A stretch of DNA of 64,000 nucleotides from positions 496,001-560,000 of the forward strand of contig JANHCV010000001.1 in NCBI GenBank assembly GCA_025594325.1, in the 5' to 3' direction. The DNA is from Blastocladiella emersonii ATCC 22665. Its lineage: Eukaryota; Fungi; Blastocladiomycota. Shown here piece after piece: positions 22,350 through 31,759 of this stretch. The notes beneath the pieces were generated by a model. That model was not told where the DNA came from. It saw nothing but the letters and a program-made list of their open reading frames with translations, and searched no databases. Position 1 is the first letter of the stretch. Every line of letters starts with the position of its first letter. The translations under genes were made by a program, and so were the position numbers.

Positions 22350-25223
22350 ATGCCAACCTCGGGCCGCCGCCTGTCCCTGTCGGCAGCCGTGAGCCGCGTG
22401 CTGAACCGGCGCAGCGCCGACTCGTCGTCGACCTCCACCACGCCACCGCCGACCCCGAGCATCCCGGCGCACTTCCTCGCCGACACCGAGCACCCGCTCC
22501 CCCGTCGATCCCTCGACATCCCCTCGAGCCGTCCCGGCTCCGTCCTCGTCGTCCCGCCCGTCCCGCCACCGAGCTGGACACTCGTCCCGATGCCCAAATT
22601 CCTCGCCCCGCGAACCGCACGGGCGCTGCTGGGCGGCGCCCTCGCCATCTCGCCCGAGGCCGTGCACGCGCTCAACGCGCTGCTGCGGTCGCTCGCGTCG
22701 ACGTGGGTCGCGCGCGCGTGCGCCGCGTCCGGGACGTGCCCCGGCCCGCCGCTCCTCCCGCCGCACCTCGAGCCCGCGATTATCCAGGTCCTCGGCGCGC
22801 AGGGGCTCGCGGGCGCGGTCGTGCGTGCGGCTCGAGCTGCAATTGCAGCGGCAGCGGCTGCCGCGGAGGACGATGGTGAAGAGGCGACACCCGTCCCCGC
22901 CATGATCCCGCTGCACGTCACGGCCGCCGTCATGGCCGAAGCGTGTCCGCCGGCGTTCGCGGGGGAATCCGCGCTCCCGGACGTGACCGTCACGTACGTC
23001 AACGGCGCGCTCGACGCCATGGCCGCCGCGCTGACCGAAGTGTTCGGGCGGGCGTGCCGCGCGCGCGGCGTGACGACGGCCACGATCGACGTCCTCGCGG
23101 ACGCGCTCGCGGGCGAGGTCGACGGGCTCGGGACCGCGGCCGCGATCCTCGACTGGTCCTCGCTCCTCGACGCGCTGGTCGCGCACCAGCAGCACCAGGC
23201 TGCCGCGGCGGTGCGGCACTCGCTCGATTTCGCGGGCGCGCCGCCGATGCCCCCACCGCCACCGGTCTCAAACTCGCGCGAGTCGTCGCTCTCACTCGAG
23301 CGGAAACGGTCGTGGCGCAAGCGCGCGCAGGGCGGGTCGCTCCCGCCGCCCGCGTCGCCGCGGCATGCGGCGGGACCGCCGACGCCGACGCCGCTCGACG
23401 ACTTTGACGAGCTGCTCAAGTCCAAGGAGACCAAGAAGCTCACGCTCACGCCCGACCGGATCCGCACCATGGAGTCAGGGCCCGGCGCCGACGCGCTGCA
23501 CTCGCCGGGCGCCGCGCTCATGTCCCCCGCCATCGCAGTGTCGCCGTACGCGCGGACGAGTTTCGCGTCGTCGACGATCGAGCGGCAGCAGTACCTCCAG
23601 CCGCCCGCGCCTACGGGTCCTACCGCGGCGTCGGATGTCAGCACCGTCGGCAGCGACGGCGGTGCAGCACCCGCGGCCGAGCCCGACGCCAACGACGCCG
23701 ACCCGGACCCGCCGACCTCGGCCCCCGCGAGCTACCCGGCGACGCCCTTCTCGATGACGACCGAGATCAGCGTGACGGCCGAGGAGGAAGCGCTCGGTCT
23801 TCGCCCCTCGAGCAAACCGCGCCGCACGCACACCAAGGAGCTCGCCGATTTCTTCTCCACAACCCCACCGCCGCCGCTCCCGACGCAGCTGCCGCCCGAC
23901 GACGAGGCCGCGGGGGACGGCGGTAAGAAGAAGAAGAAGGGCGGGATCTTCTCGGCGCTCCTGCGCGGGTCCAACGACAAGGACAAGGACAAGTCGGGCA
24001 AGAAGGTGGCCGAGGGTCGCCGCGCGAGCGGGCCGTCGGCGCTCACCACGACGCCCGCGGCGGCGGCGAGGGCCGAGAGTCCCGTCCAGACCGCGTTCGT
24101 GTTCCCGCCGCCGCTGAGCAGCGACCCGGCAGCGCCGCGCAAGTACGGCACGCTCCCGCTCAACCGCAGCGGGACCGCCGACAGCGACTCGTCGGCCGCG
24201 ACCGCGATGCTCCCCGGCCTGTTCCGCTCGCCGCTGTCGCCGACGGGGCCCGCCGACATGCTCCGCCGCCCCGGCACCGCGCCGCTCATGAACCTGCGCG
24301 CGCGCACCGATTCGGCGTCGTCGACGTCCTCGGTCGCGCGGCAGACGGGTGACGAGGGTCGCCGCGCGGCGCTACGTGCCGAGAGCGCGCCCGAACACCT
24401 CGGCGGGTCGCCGTCGCGGCTCATCGAGGCCATGTCCGCCACCTCGTCGTACCGGTTCCCGCCCATCTCGGCCGCGCCCGCCGCTGACCCGCCCGGCGGC
24501 GGCAGCAGCGCCGCCTCGCCCGTCGACGGCGAGCCCGACGAGTACATTGACAACGTCGACGTGGTCGCCATGTACGCCGCGGGCCACCACACGGCCGTGG
24601 TCCAGCAAAACCGCGCGTCAGTCGCGACGCCGCCGCCCGCCAAGCTCGTCGTCGCACAGCGGTCCGAGTCGATCCGCCGCCCCGCGCGCAAGACGAGCGC
24701 GACGGACCTTTCGGGCGCGGGCGCGGGCGTCCGTGGGCAGTCGCCGACGCGGCCCGTCCCGCTGCGCCGCAGCTCGGACCCGACGCACGCGGCCACGGCG
24801 CACCTGCGTGTCCCGCTGGCGGGCCGCGCGGCGGCTGAGCCGGAGCCTGCTGCTCCGTTGACACCCACGACGACGGAGCACGCCCCACCACAACCCGAAG
24901 GCTCAGCGATCCCGCCGCTCCCCGCAGACCTTGCGCGTCTCCCTCGCTCTGACCTAGTCACGCTCGTCCAGCAACTCCACGCGAGGGCAACCGCCGAATC
25001 CTCGCGCGCAGACCGCGCGGCGCGAGCGGCGGGCGAGACGCGCGGCAAGCTGGACTCGCTGGTGGCCAAGGCGTTTGTGCGGATCCGCGAGCTGCAGGAG
25101 CGGGTGGGCGAGCGCGACGCGGCCGTCGCGGCGGCCCGCGCAGAGTCGGACGCGCTGCGCGAGCGGCTCGCGCATGTTGGCGCAGTGCTCGGGCAGGTGA
25201 TGCCAGGGCTCAAGGGTGAATGA
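22350..25223 (+). CDS. Uncharacterised protein: helical N-terminus, long Pro/Ser-rich middle, C-terminal coiled coil
   Basis: 957-aa ORF with coding bias; start codon uncertain. Confidence 0.7.
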   Translation: MPTSGRRLSLSAAVSRVLNRRSADSSSTSTTPPPTPSIPAHFLADTEHPLPRRSLDIPSSRPGSVLVVPPVPPPSWTLVPMPKFLAPRTARALLGGALAISPEAVHALNALLRSLASTWVARACAASGTCPGPPLLPPHLEPAIIQVLGAQGLAGAVVRAARAAIAAAAAAAEDDGEEATPVPAMIPLHVTAAVMAEACPPAFAGESALPDVTVTYVNGALDAMAAALTEVFGRACRARGVTTATIDVLADALAGEVDGLGTAAAILDWSSLLDALVAHQQHQAAAAVRHSLDFAGAPPMPPPPPVSNSRESSLSLERKRSWRKRAQGGSLPPPASPRHAAGPPTPTPLDDFDELLKSKETKKLTLTPDRIRTMESGPGADALHSPGAALMSPAIAVSPYARTSFASSTIERQQYLQPPAPTGPTAASDVSTVGSDGGAAPAAEPDANDADPDPPTSAPASYPATPFSMTTEISVTAEEEALGLRPSSKPRRTHTKELADFFSTTPPPPLPTQLPPDDEAAGDGGKKKKKGGIFSALLRGSNDKDKDKSGKKVAEGRRASGPSALTTTPAAAARAESPVQTAFVFPPPLSSDPAAPRKYGTLPLNRSGTADSDSSAATAMLPGLFRSPLSPTGPADMLRRPGTAPLMNLRARTDSASSTSSVARQTGDEGRRAALRAESAPEHLGGSPSRLIEAMSATSSYRFPPISAAPAADPPGGGSSAASPVDGEPDEYIDNVDVVAMYAAGHHTAVVQQNRASVATPPPAKLVVAQRSESIRRPARKTSATDLSGAGAGVRGQSPTRPVPLRRSSDPTHAATAHLRVPLAGRAAAEPEPAAPLTPTTTEHAPPQPEGSAIPPLPADLARLPRSDLVTLVQQLHARATAESSRADRAARAAGETRGKLDSLVAKAFVRIRELQERVGERDAAVAAARAESDALRERLAHVGAVLGQVMPGLKGE

Positions 25224-25333
25224 ATATAACGTGTGTGTATGATGAAATCGGCAAAGTGGGATGAAAGGGCTATCAACATTGTACAAGAGAACTCTCACTC
25301 AGGATCTTCTTCCTCGTTTTCCTCGCGGCGGCT

Positions 25334-28204
25334 TCAGACGATGGTTGTCCGGTTCGACCGCACCGGCCGCGCGGGCCGCGCGCTCGAGCTCGCCACGGCG
25401 GACTCATCGTCCAGCTCGCCGTCCGAGACGGCCGCGGACGCGACACGGTCCTCGACGGCGACGGCCGCGACCTGGGCGCGCAGGAGCTCAGCGCGGTCGC
25501 GCACCTCGCCGAGGGCCTCGTTGACCTCCTCGAGCTGCGCGAGACGGGCCGTCAGCTCCTCGTGGCGCACCTTGACGCGCGCGAGCCCCGCGTCCATCTT
25601 CGCGCCCGCATCCGCGAGCGCGTGCGTCAGGGCGACGCGCGCCGTCGTGCGCAGGTGCGCGGCGACGGTCTCGGGGTACCGCGCCGCCGTGGCGCGGTCG
25701 ACGGCGGCGCGCGCGAGGGTCGCGGGGAGGTGCGACGGCAGCGTCGCCATGTAGTGGTAGCCCGCGGCGGACCCGACGACCGCCATGCCCGCGACGGCGG
25801 CGACGGCCATGCGGCGCAGGCCGACGCGCAGGCCGAGCGAGACCAGGTCCGACGACACGCTGCGGGTGGCGAGGACCGACGACGTGATGAACGAGCAGCC
25901 CGTAAGCGCGAGCGACGAGACCGCCGCGTGGCTGCCGACACGCTCCAGCATGGCCGCGGGCGCGAGGTCGGACCACGACCACGCCGTCGCGTGGCGCACG
26001 ACGACCGCCCACGCTTCGCCGGGCGACGCGAGCTGGTGCAGCCACGTGCGCGGCGACGTGAAGAAGGTCGCCAGCGACGACCGCGTGAGCCGCACCTCGG
26101 GCGCGTGCGGGAACAGGAGGTTCGCGGGCGTCAGCGCGGCGACGGACGTGACGGGGAGCTGGCGCGCGACGGACGCGGTCGGGATCGCGAGCCGCGCGAG
26201 CGGTGCCATGACCGCGGGGTCGTGGTGGTCCCCACCGCCGCGCGCGACGGCTTCCGCGACGGCGCCGAGCCACGCGGCGTGGCTGTCGTTCATGGCGGTC
26301 CACGCGCGGCGCATGGTGGCGTCGGCGGCGCGCTGGCACGCGTCCACGTCCTCGTCGAGGGCGCCGAGGATCGCCGCGTGCACGTCGCGGACGTACGCCA
26401 TGGCGTGGCGGATCCCGCGCCAGGGGACGGCGAGGGCGCGCTCGTACAGGCGGTCGCCGAGTTTCGCCGGTGAAAAAGTCGCGGCGACGAGCGCGTCGCA
26501 CGCGTCGGCGGCCTGGGCGACGGCGCGCTCCATGTCGCGGACCGCGACGGCGCGCTGGTCCTCGAGCGCGCGCTCGCGCGGACGCAGGTCGCTGAGCTCG
26601 CCGCGCAGGTCGTCCATCTGCTCGGCGACCTTGGCGCCGTTGTACTCGAGGAGCACCTCGACGTCGCCCAGCAGGTGGTCGAGGTACCGCTTCGCGGGCG
26701 ACAGCTTGGAGATGGACCGCTTCTCGAGCGTGAACTCGCGCAGGGCGCGCTCCACGTGCAGGAACTGCTCGACGTCGGCCGTCGGGTCGGCGTACCGGCC
26801 GGCGGCGGCCTCGCTGAGCATGGCCTCGGCCGAGACAAAGTGCACGAGCTTGTCGCGGTAGTGGAACGTGTGCGGCGACAACTGCTCGATCTGCTGCAGG
26901 ATGACCTTGGTGCACCGTGCCTTGTCCTTGATGGCGTCGAACTTGTTGACGACCACGAAAATGTACGCCTTCTCCTGGCCGGCCTTGGTCAGGAACTCGC
27001 GCGACGACAGCGTGAAGTGGTTCTCGGCCGACACCACGAACACGATCACGTCAATCTCCTCCTGCTGCGCAAACACGGCCATGGTCTGCCACACGTCGCG
27101 GTTGAGCCCCGGGCTGTCGATCAGCCGCACGTCCACCACGTCGTTGCCGACCAGCACCGACGGCGGCGTGTCGCTGCGCGCGTTACCCGTGGCGACGAGT
27201 ACGGCGCTGTCGGACGAGGACGAGGACTCGGGCGGGATCGCGCGGTCGTCCTCGTGGCAGTACACCTTGAGCACCTCGAACTCGCCGTCGGGCTCCTCGA
27301 CGAGGGCCTCGAGCGCGTCGAGCCCAAACGTCGCGTCGGGGGCGTCCCCCGCGACCGCGGCCGCCGCGTTGCGGAACGCGTGGACCTGCTCCACCCCAGG
27401 CGCGAGCCGGTTATGCTTGGCGTCGAGGACCTCGGTGAACACGTTGGTGAGTGGCTGCTGGTCGGCGGGGACCACGTCGCGGCGGAGCAGGGCGTTGACG
27501 AACGTCGACTTGCCCGCGTTGAGGTCGCCCGTCACGAGGATGCGGCACGTCGGGTCCTGCACGCGCGCCTCGAGCGTCTGCAGGTGGCCGCGGACCTCGG
27601 TCAGCTTGGCCCGCAGCAGCGCGCCCAGCGCGTCGCTTGGCAGCAGCACGCGGCCCGTGCGCGACGTCGGCACGTCGAGGTCCAGCACCTTGAACAGGCG
27701 CGCGGTCGCGGCCGAGTGGCGCCCGCCCGCGACCGACGAGGCCCCCGAGGGGGAACGGCGGTGGTGGCTCTGGTGCCGGTGCAGAAGCCGGCTCGGGCGC
27801 GTCGCCGCGGTCCCGAGCTCCGACTGCGCTGCTACGTCCCAGCCACCGGTCGTACTCGTGGCGCTCGGGCCGTTGAGACCCGACACGGCGTCATCTTCGG
27901 CGGCACCCAGCACGGCGTGCGACGTGGGCGGCGACAGATTGCCCGTGGCGGCGGCGGCGGCAGCGGACAGATCCATGGGGTACTGCAGGCGGTGCGGGCC
28001 GGCGGGGGCGAGGGCGAGGCGCTCGACGGCACCCAGAAGGTTGCGCGACTGGTGGATGAAGCCGACGAGCCGCTGCTGGTTCTCCGTGTACTGCTGGTGC
28101 GCGGCCGCCGCGGTGCCCGGCGCCGCCGTCGTCGACGTCGAGAAGTGCGGCGTCTCGCTTCCGCCGCTGCTGGGTGCGGAGGCGGAGAGGGCGGCGGACG
28201 TCAT
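25334..28204 (-). CDS. FZO1: Mitofusin Fzo1 (dynamin-like GTPase for mitochondrial outer-membrane fusion)
   Basis: G1 VTGDLNAGKSTFVNALLRR, G3 LIDSPGLN, EEIDVIVFVVSAENHFTLS, G4 VVNKFD, VHFVSA; C-terminal TM and heptad region. Confidence 0.93.
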   Translation of the reverse strand: MTSAALSASAPSSGGSETPHFSTSTTAAPGTAAAAHQQYTENQQRLVGFIHQSRNLLGAVERLALAPAGPHRLQYPMDLSAAAAAATGNLSPPTSHAVLGAAEDDAVSGLNGPSATSTTGGWDVAAQSELGTAATRPSRLLHRHQSHHRRSPSGASSVAGGRHSAATARLFKVLDLDVPTSRTGRVLLPSDALGALLRAKLTEVRGHLQTLEARVQDPTCRILVTGDLNAGKSTFVNALLRRDVVPADQQPLTNVFTEVLDAKHNRLAPGVEQVHAFRNAAAAVAGDAPDATFGLDALEALVEEPDGEFEVLKVYCHEDDRAIPPESSSSSDSAVLVATGNARSDTPPSVLVGNDVVDVRLIDSPGLNRDVWQTMAVFAQQEEIDVIVFVVSAENHFTLSSREFLTKAGQEKAYIFVVVNKFDAIKDKARCTKVILQQIEQLSPHTFHYRDKLVHFVSAEAMLSEAAAGRYADPTADVEQFLHVERALREFTLEKRSISKLSPAKRYLDHLLGDVEVLLEYNGAKVAEQMDDLRGELSDLRPRERALEDQRAVAVRDMERAVAQAADACDALVAATFSPAKLGDRLYERALAVPWRGIRHAMAYVRDVHAAILGALDEDVDACQRAADATMRRAWTAMNDSHAAWLGAVAEAVARGGGDHHDPAVMAPLARLAIPTASVARQLPVTSVAALTPANLLFPHAPEVRLTRSSLATFFTSPRTWLHQLASPGEAWAVVVRHATAWSWSDLAPAAMLERVGSHAAVSSLALTGCSFITSSVLATRSVSSDLVSLGLRVGLRRMAVAAVAGMAVVGSAAGYHYMATLPSHLPATLARAAVDRATAARYPETVAAHLRTTARVALTHALADAGAKMDAGLARVKVRHEELTARLAQLEEVNEALGEVRDRAELLRAQVAAVAVEDRVASAAVSDGELDDESAVASSSARPARPVRSNRTTIV

Positions 28205-28640
28205 GGTGGTGATGGATGGTGGCTAGACATGTCGGCGGTCAGCGCGACTGTTTGGGACGAGAGTGATCGGCATGCACGCACTCGACTCGAGCGATGGGAC
28301 GAGCTGCAATGGCGGTGCGATGGGCGGCGCTCGCTCGGCTCGATGCGTGAGGTTCCGTTGCAGCGAGTGGGGAGGGCGCGCCGAGTGCCGCGGCGTTAGT
28401 GTCGTCGTCGTCAACGCAGCGTCAGCGATGCCGCGGCGGCGCTGAACGTTGAGGCGAGGGCGGCCGATGGTGGGGTTCCTCGCCTCCGCCTCTTCCGCCC
28501 TGAAAATGCCTGCCCCGACCGACCCGAAAGAAACCAAACGCTATGTCAGAGTCAGAGGGGACCGAATAAATACGTCATATTGCGCGCGTGCGTCGCATCG
28601 AGGAGGAAGGAAAGAATCAATAAACGAAAGAGTGAGCTGC

Positions 28641-30401
28641 TTACTCGGCCTTGTCGCCCTTGCTGGCCTTGTTCTTCTTCTGCTTCTTGGCCGGGGCCTC
28701 GGCCGGCGCCGCCGCGGGGGCGCCCGTCACGACCACCGTGTGCGGCGCGGGCGCAGCCGGCGCAGCGGCCGCCGAGGACGAGGACGACGACGAGGAAGCC
28801 GACGACGGCTTGGAGCCGAGGAGCGCGGCCTTGAGGTCGGCGACGGACGGTGCGGCGTCGGCGGCCGCCATCAGCGCCTTGGTCTTCTGCGCGTACTCGG
28901 CCTGCGACTTGGCCATGTCGTCGACGATCTTGGTCTGCTCGGCATACAGGTCGCGCAGGTGGCGCAGCTCCTCGACGTTTTTCTGCATCTCGACACGCTG
29001 GACACGCAGGGCCTCGAAGCTCACCGGGTCGACGTCCATGGGCGCGGGGGCAGCGGCAGCGGGGGCCGCGGCGGCGGGGGCAGCGGGGGCAGCTGCGGGC
29101 GTGGCAGCACGCGCGGGAGCGGGCGCGGGAACAACGACGGAGGCCGTCTGCTTCCTCTTACCGGCAGCGGGCGCCTTGGTCGGCGCAACCACGGGCGACG
29201 ACGTGCCCGACGGCGGCGCGAGCTCGTCCACGTCCATGGCCGCCGACGACTTCGACGCGGCCGAGGCGGGCTTGGGCGTCGGCGCGGCGGCGGCGGCGGC
29301 CGTCGAGCCCGACGACTTGCGCGAGCGCTTGGCGCGCGGAGCCTCCGACGCAGCGGCAGCGGCGGCCGCGGGCTCGGTCTCGGTGGCCTTGCGCTTCTTG
29401 GCGGCCGGCGACGACGACGCGGCAGCGGCGGCAGCCTCAGCGGGGGCCGACGACTTGGCAGCAGCGGGCGACGCGACCACGTCGACGGGCTTGGCCTTGG
29501 CCGGGCGGCCGACCTTCTTGGGCGCCGGCGCCGCGGGGGTCTCGGGGGCAGCGGCGGCCGACGACGCCGACGCGCCAGCGGCAGCGGCAGCGGCCTCGGC
29601 GGCGAGGCGGGCGGCGCGCTCGGCGTTGGTCGGGCGGCCGCGCTTCTTCTTGGGCGGCTCCTCGGTGGCGGCCTCGGCCTCGGCAGCGGCGGCGGCGGCG
29701 GGGGTCTCGACCGGGGCGGGCGCAGCGGTAGCCGACTTCTTGGTCTTCTTGACGGGCTTCTCGGCAGCGGCCTTGGCGGTCGACTTAGCCGCCTCGGCCT
29801 GCTCGGCAGCCTCCTCGTGCTGCTCGTCCTCCTCGGCGTCGGCGCCGTCGTCGCTGGCCTTGCGACCGCGGCCGCGGAAGCTGACGCCCTTGACGAGGAA
29901 CTTGTCCATGTCGGCGCCCTCGCGGAACACCTCGGGGATGTCCTTCTTGGCCCACTTGCAGACGGTGCTGAGGAAGTCGCCGAACTCGGCGGTCGTGACC
30001 ATGGTCGCGAGATGCTTGCCGCCGATCTCGACCACCTTGCCGGCGAACCCGTCCTCGGTCATGAGCTTGCGGGCAAACTTCTTGTACCGCTTGATGTCGT
30101 CGCCCGAGAACACCTCGTGGTTCGGGTACAGCTTGAGCTTCTTGCCCTGCGACACGGTCAGCGACGAGCCGCCCGCCGCGGCGGTCGCGGTCCCGTTGGC
30201 CTTGACGGCGTCCGCCACGGGCGTCTTGGCCTTGAGCGCCTCGAGCGTGTGGTACACGGCCTCGGCCGGGACCAGGTACGCGCCGTCCTCGCCCGACGCC
30301 GCCGCGCGCGTCAGCGCGTACACGCCCGGCTGGATCTCCAGCGCGTAGAAGGTCAGGTGCAGCGAGTCCTTGTCCTTGGCGGGGGTGGTGGTGCCGGTCA
30401 T
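28641..30401 (-). CDS. Putative chromatin protein: globular N-terminus + Ala/Lys/Pro-rich region with AT-hook-like motifs + coiled coil
   Basis: KKKRGRP and KKVGRP motifs within a histone-H1-like AKP-rich tract. Confidence 0.7.
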   Translation of the reverse strand: MTGTTTPAKDKDSLHLTFYALEIQPGVYALTRAAASGEDGAYLVPAEAVYHTLEALKAKTPVADAVKANGTATAAAGGSSLTVSQGKKLKLYPNHEVFSGDDIKRYKKFARKLMTEDGFAGKVVEIGGKHLATMVTTAEFGDFLSTVCKWAKKDIPEVFREGADMDKFLVKGVSFRGRGRKASDDGADAEEDEQHEEAAEQAEAAKSTAKAAAEKPVKKTKKSATAAPAPVETPAAAAAAEAEAATEEPPKKKRGRPTNAERAARLAAEAAAAAAGASASSAAAAPETPAAPAPKKVGRPAKAKPVDVVASPAAAKSSAPAEAAAAAASSSPAAKKRKATETEPAAAAAAASEAPRAKRSRKSSGSTAAAAAAPTPKPASAASKSSAAMDVDELAPPSGTSSPVVAPTKAPAAGKRKQTASVVVPAPAPARAATPAAAPAAPAAAAPAAAAPAPMDVDPVSFEALRVQRVEMQKNVEELRHLRDLYAEQTKIVDDMAKSQAEYAQKTKALMAAADAAPSVADLKAALLGSKPSSASSSSSSSSAAAAPAAPAPHTVVVTGAPAAAPAEAPAKKQKKNKASKGDKAE

Positions 30402-31759
30402 GGTCGGTCGGTGGCTACGAAGCGGGCGGGAGGGTGGGTGGGCGTGAGATTTAGTGTGCTAAGTCGCGCGGGTCGCGAGTCGCCAGTCGGGCAGCCGCAG
30501 TCGGTGACTCAACACCGCTGCTCGGCAAGGAAATCGATTCATGGCATGGCGACTTACATGTGATGAGGTTCAGAGTCGAGCTCGAGGAGCGAATAAATAA
30601 GGGAGAGTTCTCCTTGCTTGAGATGATACAGAGAGTTTCCCGTTGGGAGAGCGTGAACCTTACACGGCCGGCGGGCGGGGTCAAAAAAAAAGTGGGTGGT
30701 CGCTTGACCCCGAAAAAAAAGGCTTTCTCAGTTCTCTGCTCCAAGGGCTTGCGCGGCGTCCTCGCTTGCTCGCTTAAATATCGCAATAGTGCGCGAAGAA
30801 TTACGTGATAGTCGCGATAGAAGTCCCAGCGTCCCCCAGCACCCGCTTCCTCGTCTCGCACCCGCTCTCTCCCCGCTCGCCCGATTTTTTTACGCCATGG
30901 AAACGATATATGACCGATTCTAACGCCTAACTCGCTGCAACGGAGGGAGAGACGCAGCGAAGCCGCGCTCGGCCAAGGGCCAAAGACACTTTTTCGAGTG
31001 ACATCACGGCGACCGCGCGGCCGGTGGGGCTGAGCGAGCGAGAGCGAGGCGAGAGCGCGCCCGCACGCTGCTCGGCAACGTCGGAAGCGAGACTGGGTCC
31101 ACCGTCGCTCATGGCTGCTTCGGCTCGTTCTCCTCCGTGCGATGCGCTGGAACCGTGGCACCGCCACCGACTGTCGGCCCCTTGAAGCACTCGGCGCAGA
31201 ACGCTGTGGCCACCGACCCGAAACCGAGCGCGTCCGTCCGTCCATCGCGCGAGAGTGACTCGCTCCCAGGGTATGAATCTCGGCGGCAGGCGGCGTGGGC
31301 CAGCAACCCTGAGCGCTTGGCCATCGTGACCGCGCTCATGGCTTCGCCCTATCGGCGCGGCTCGGGGCGCGGCTCGCCGTTCCCATCCATGGCCCTCGCA
31401 TCCGGCGACGCTGACGAACCCCGTCGCTCTCCTCGTTCAGGGCCCCCGCTCCCGTCCATTGCTGCGACTCGCTCGACCTCGCCCGCACGCATCGTCGCGA
31501 ACGCTGGCGACCACGGTGATCGCTGCTGCCGGTCCCTTGCATCACCGAGCGACCGCGCGTCGCTGTGGCGCTTGCCGACTTTTTTCACCACGCCGACCGA
31601 CCAACCTCAAGCTTTCGCTGCCGTCGCTCGTCGTCGTCCCTTGCTGCTCCTCCGCACCCATCACCCTCCTGGACGACCAACCCACCGCGCCGCTCCCCGC
31701 AACCCGCCCGATCCTCGCGCAAGCGCCGGCGCCCCCGCCCCACCCGCCCCCGCCCTCCC

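Noticed and set aside
16609-30563. Further long shadow ORFs (16609-18636, 18746-20002, 26675-28399, 28449-30563, 28651-30348)
   Set aside because: They are antisense to or overlap well-supported genes, and stop-codon scarcity at about 70% GC explains them.
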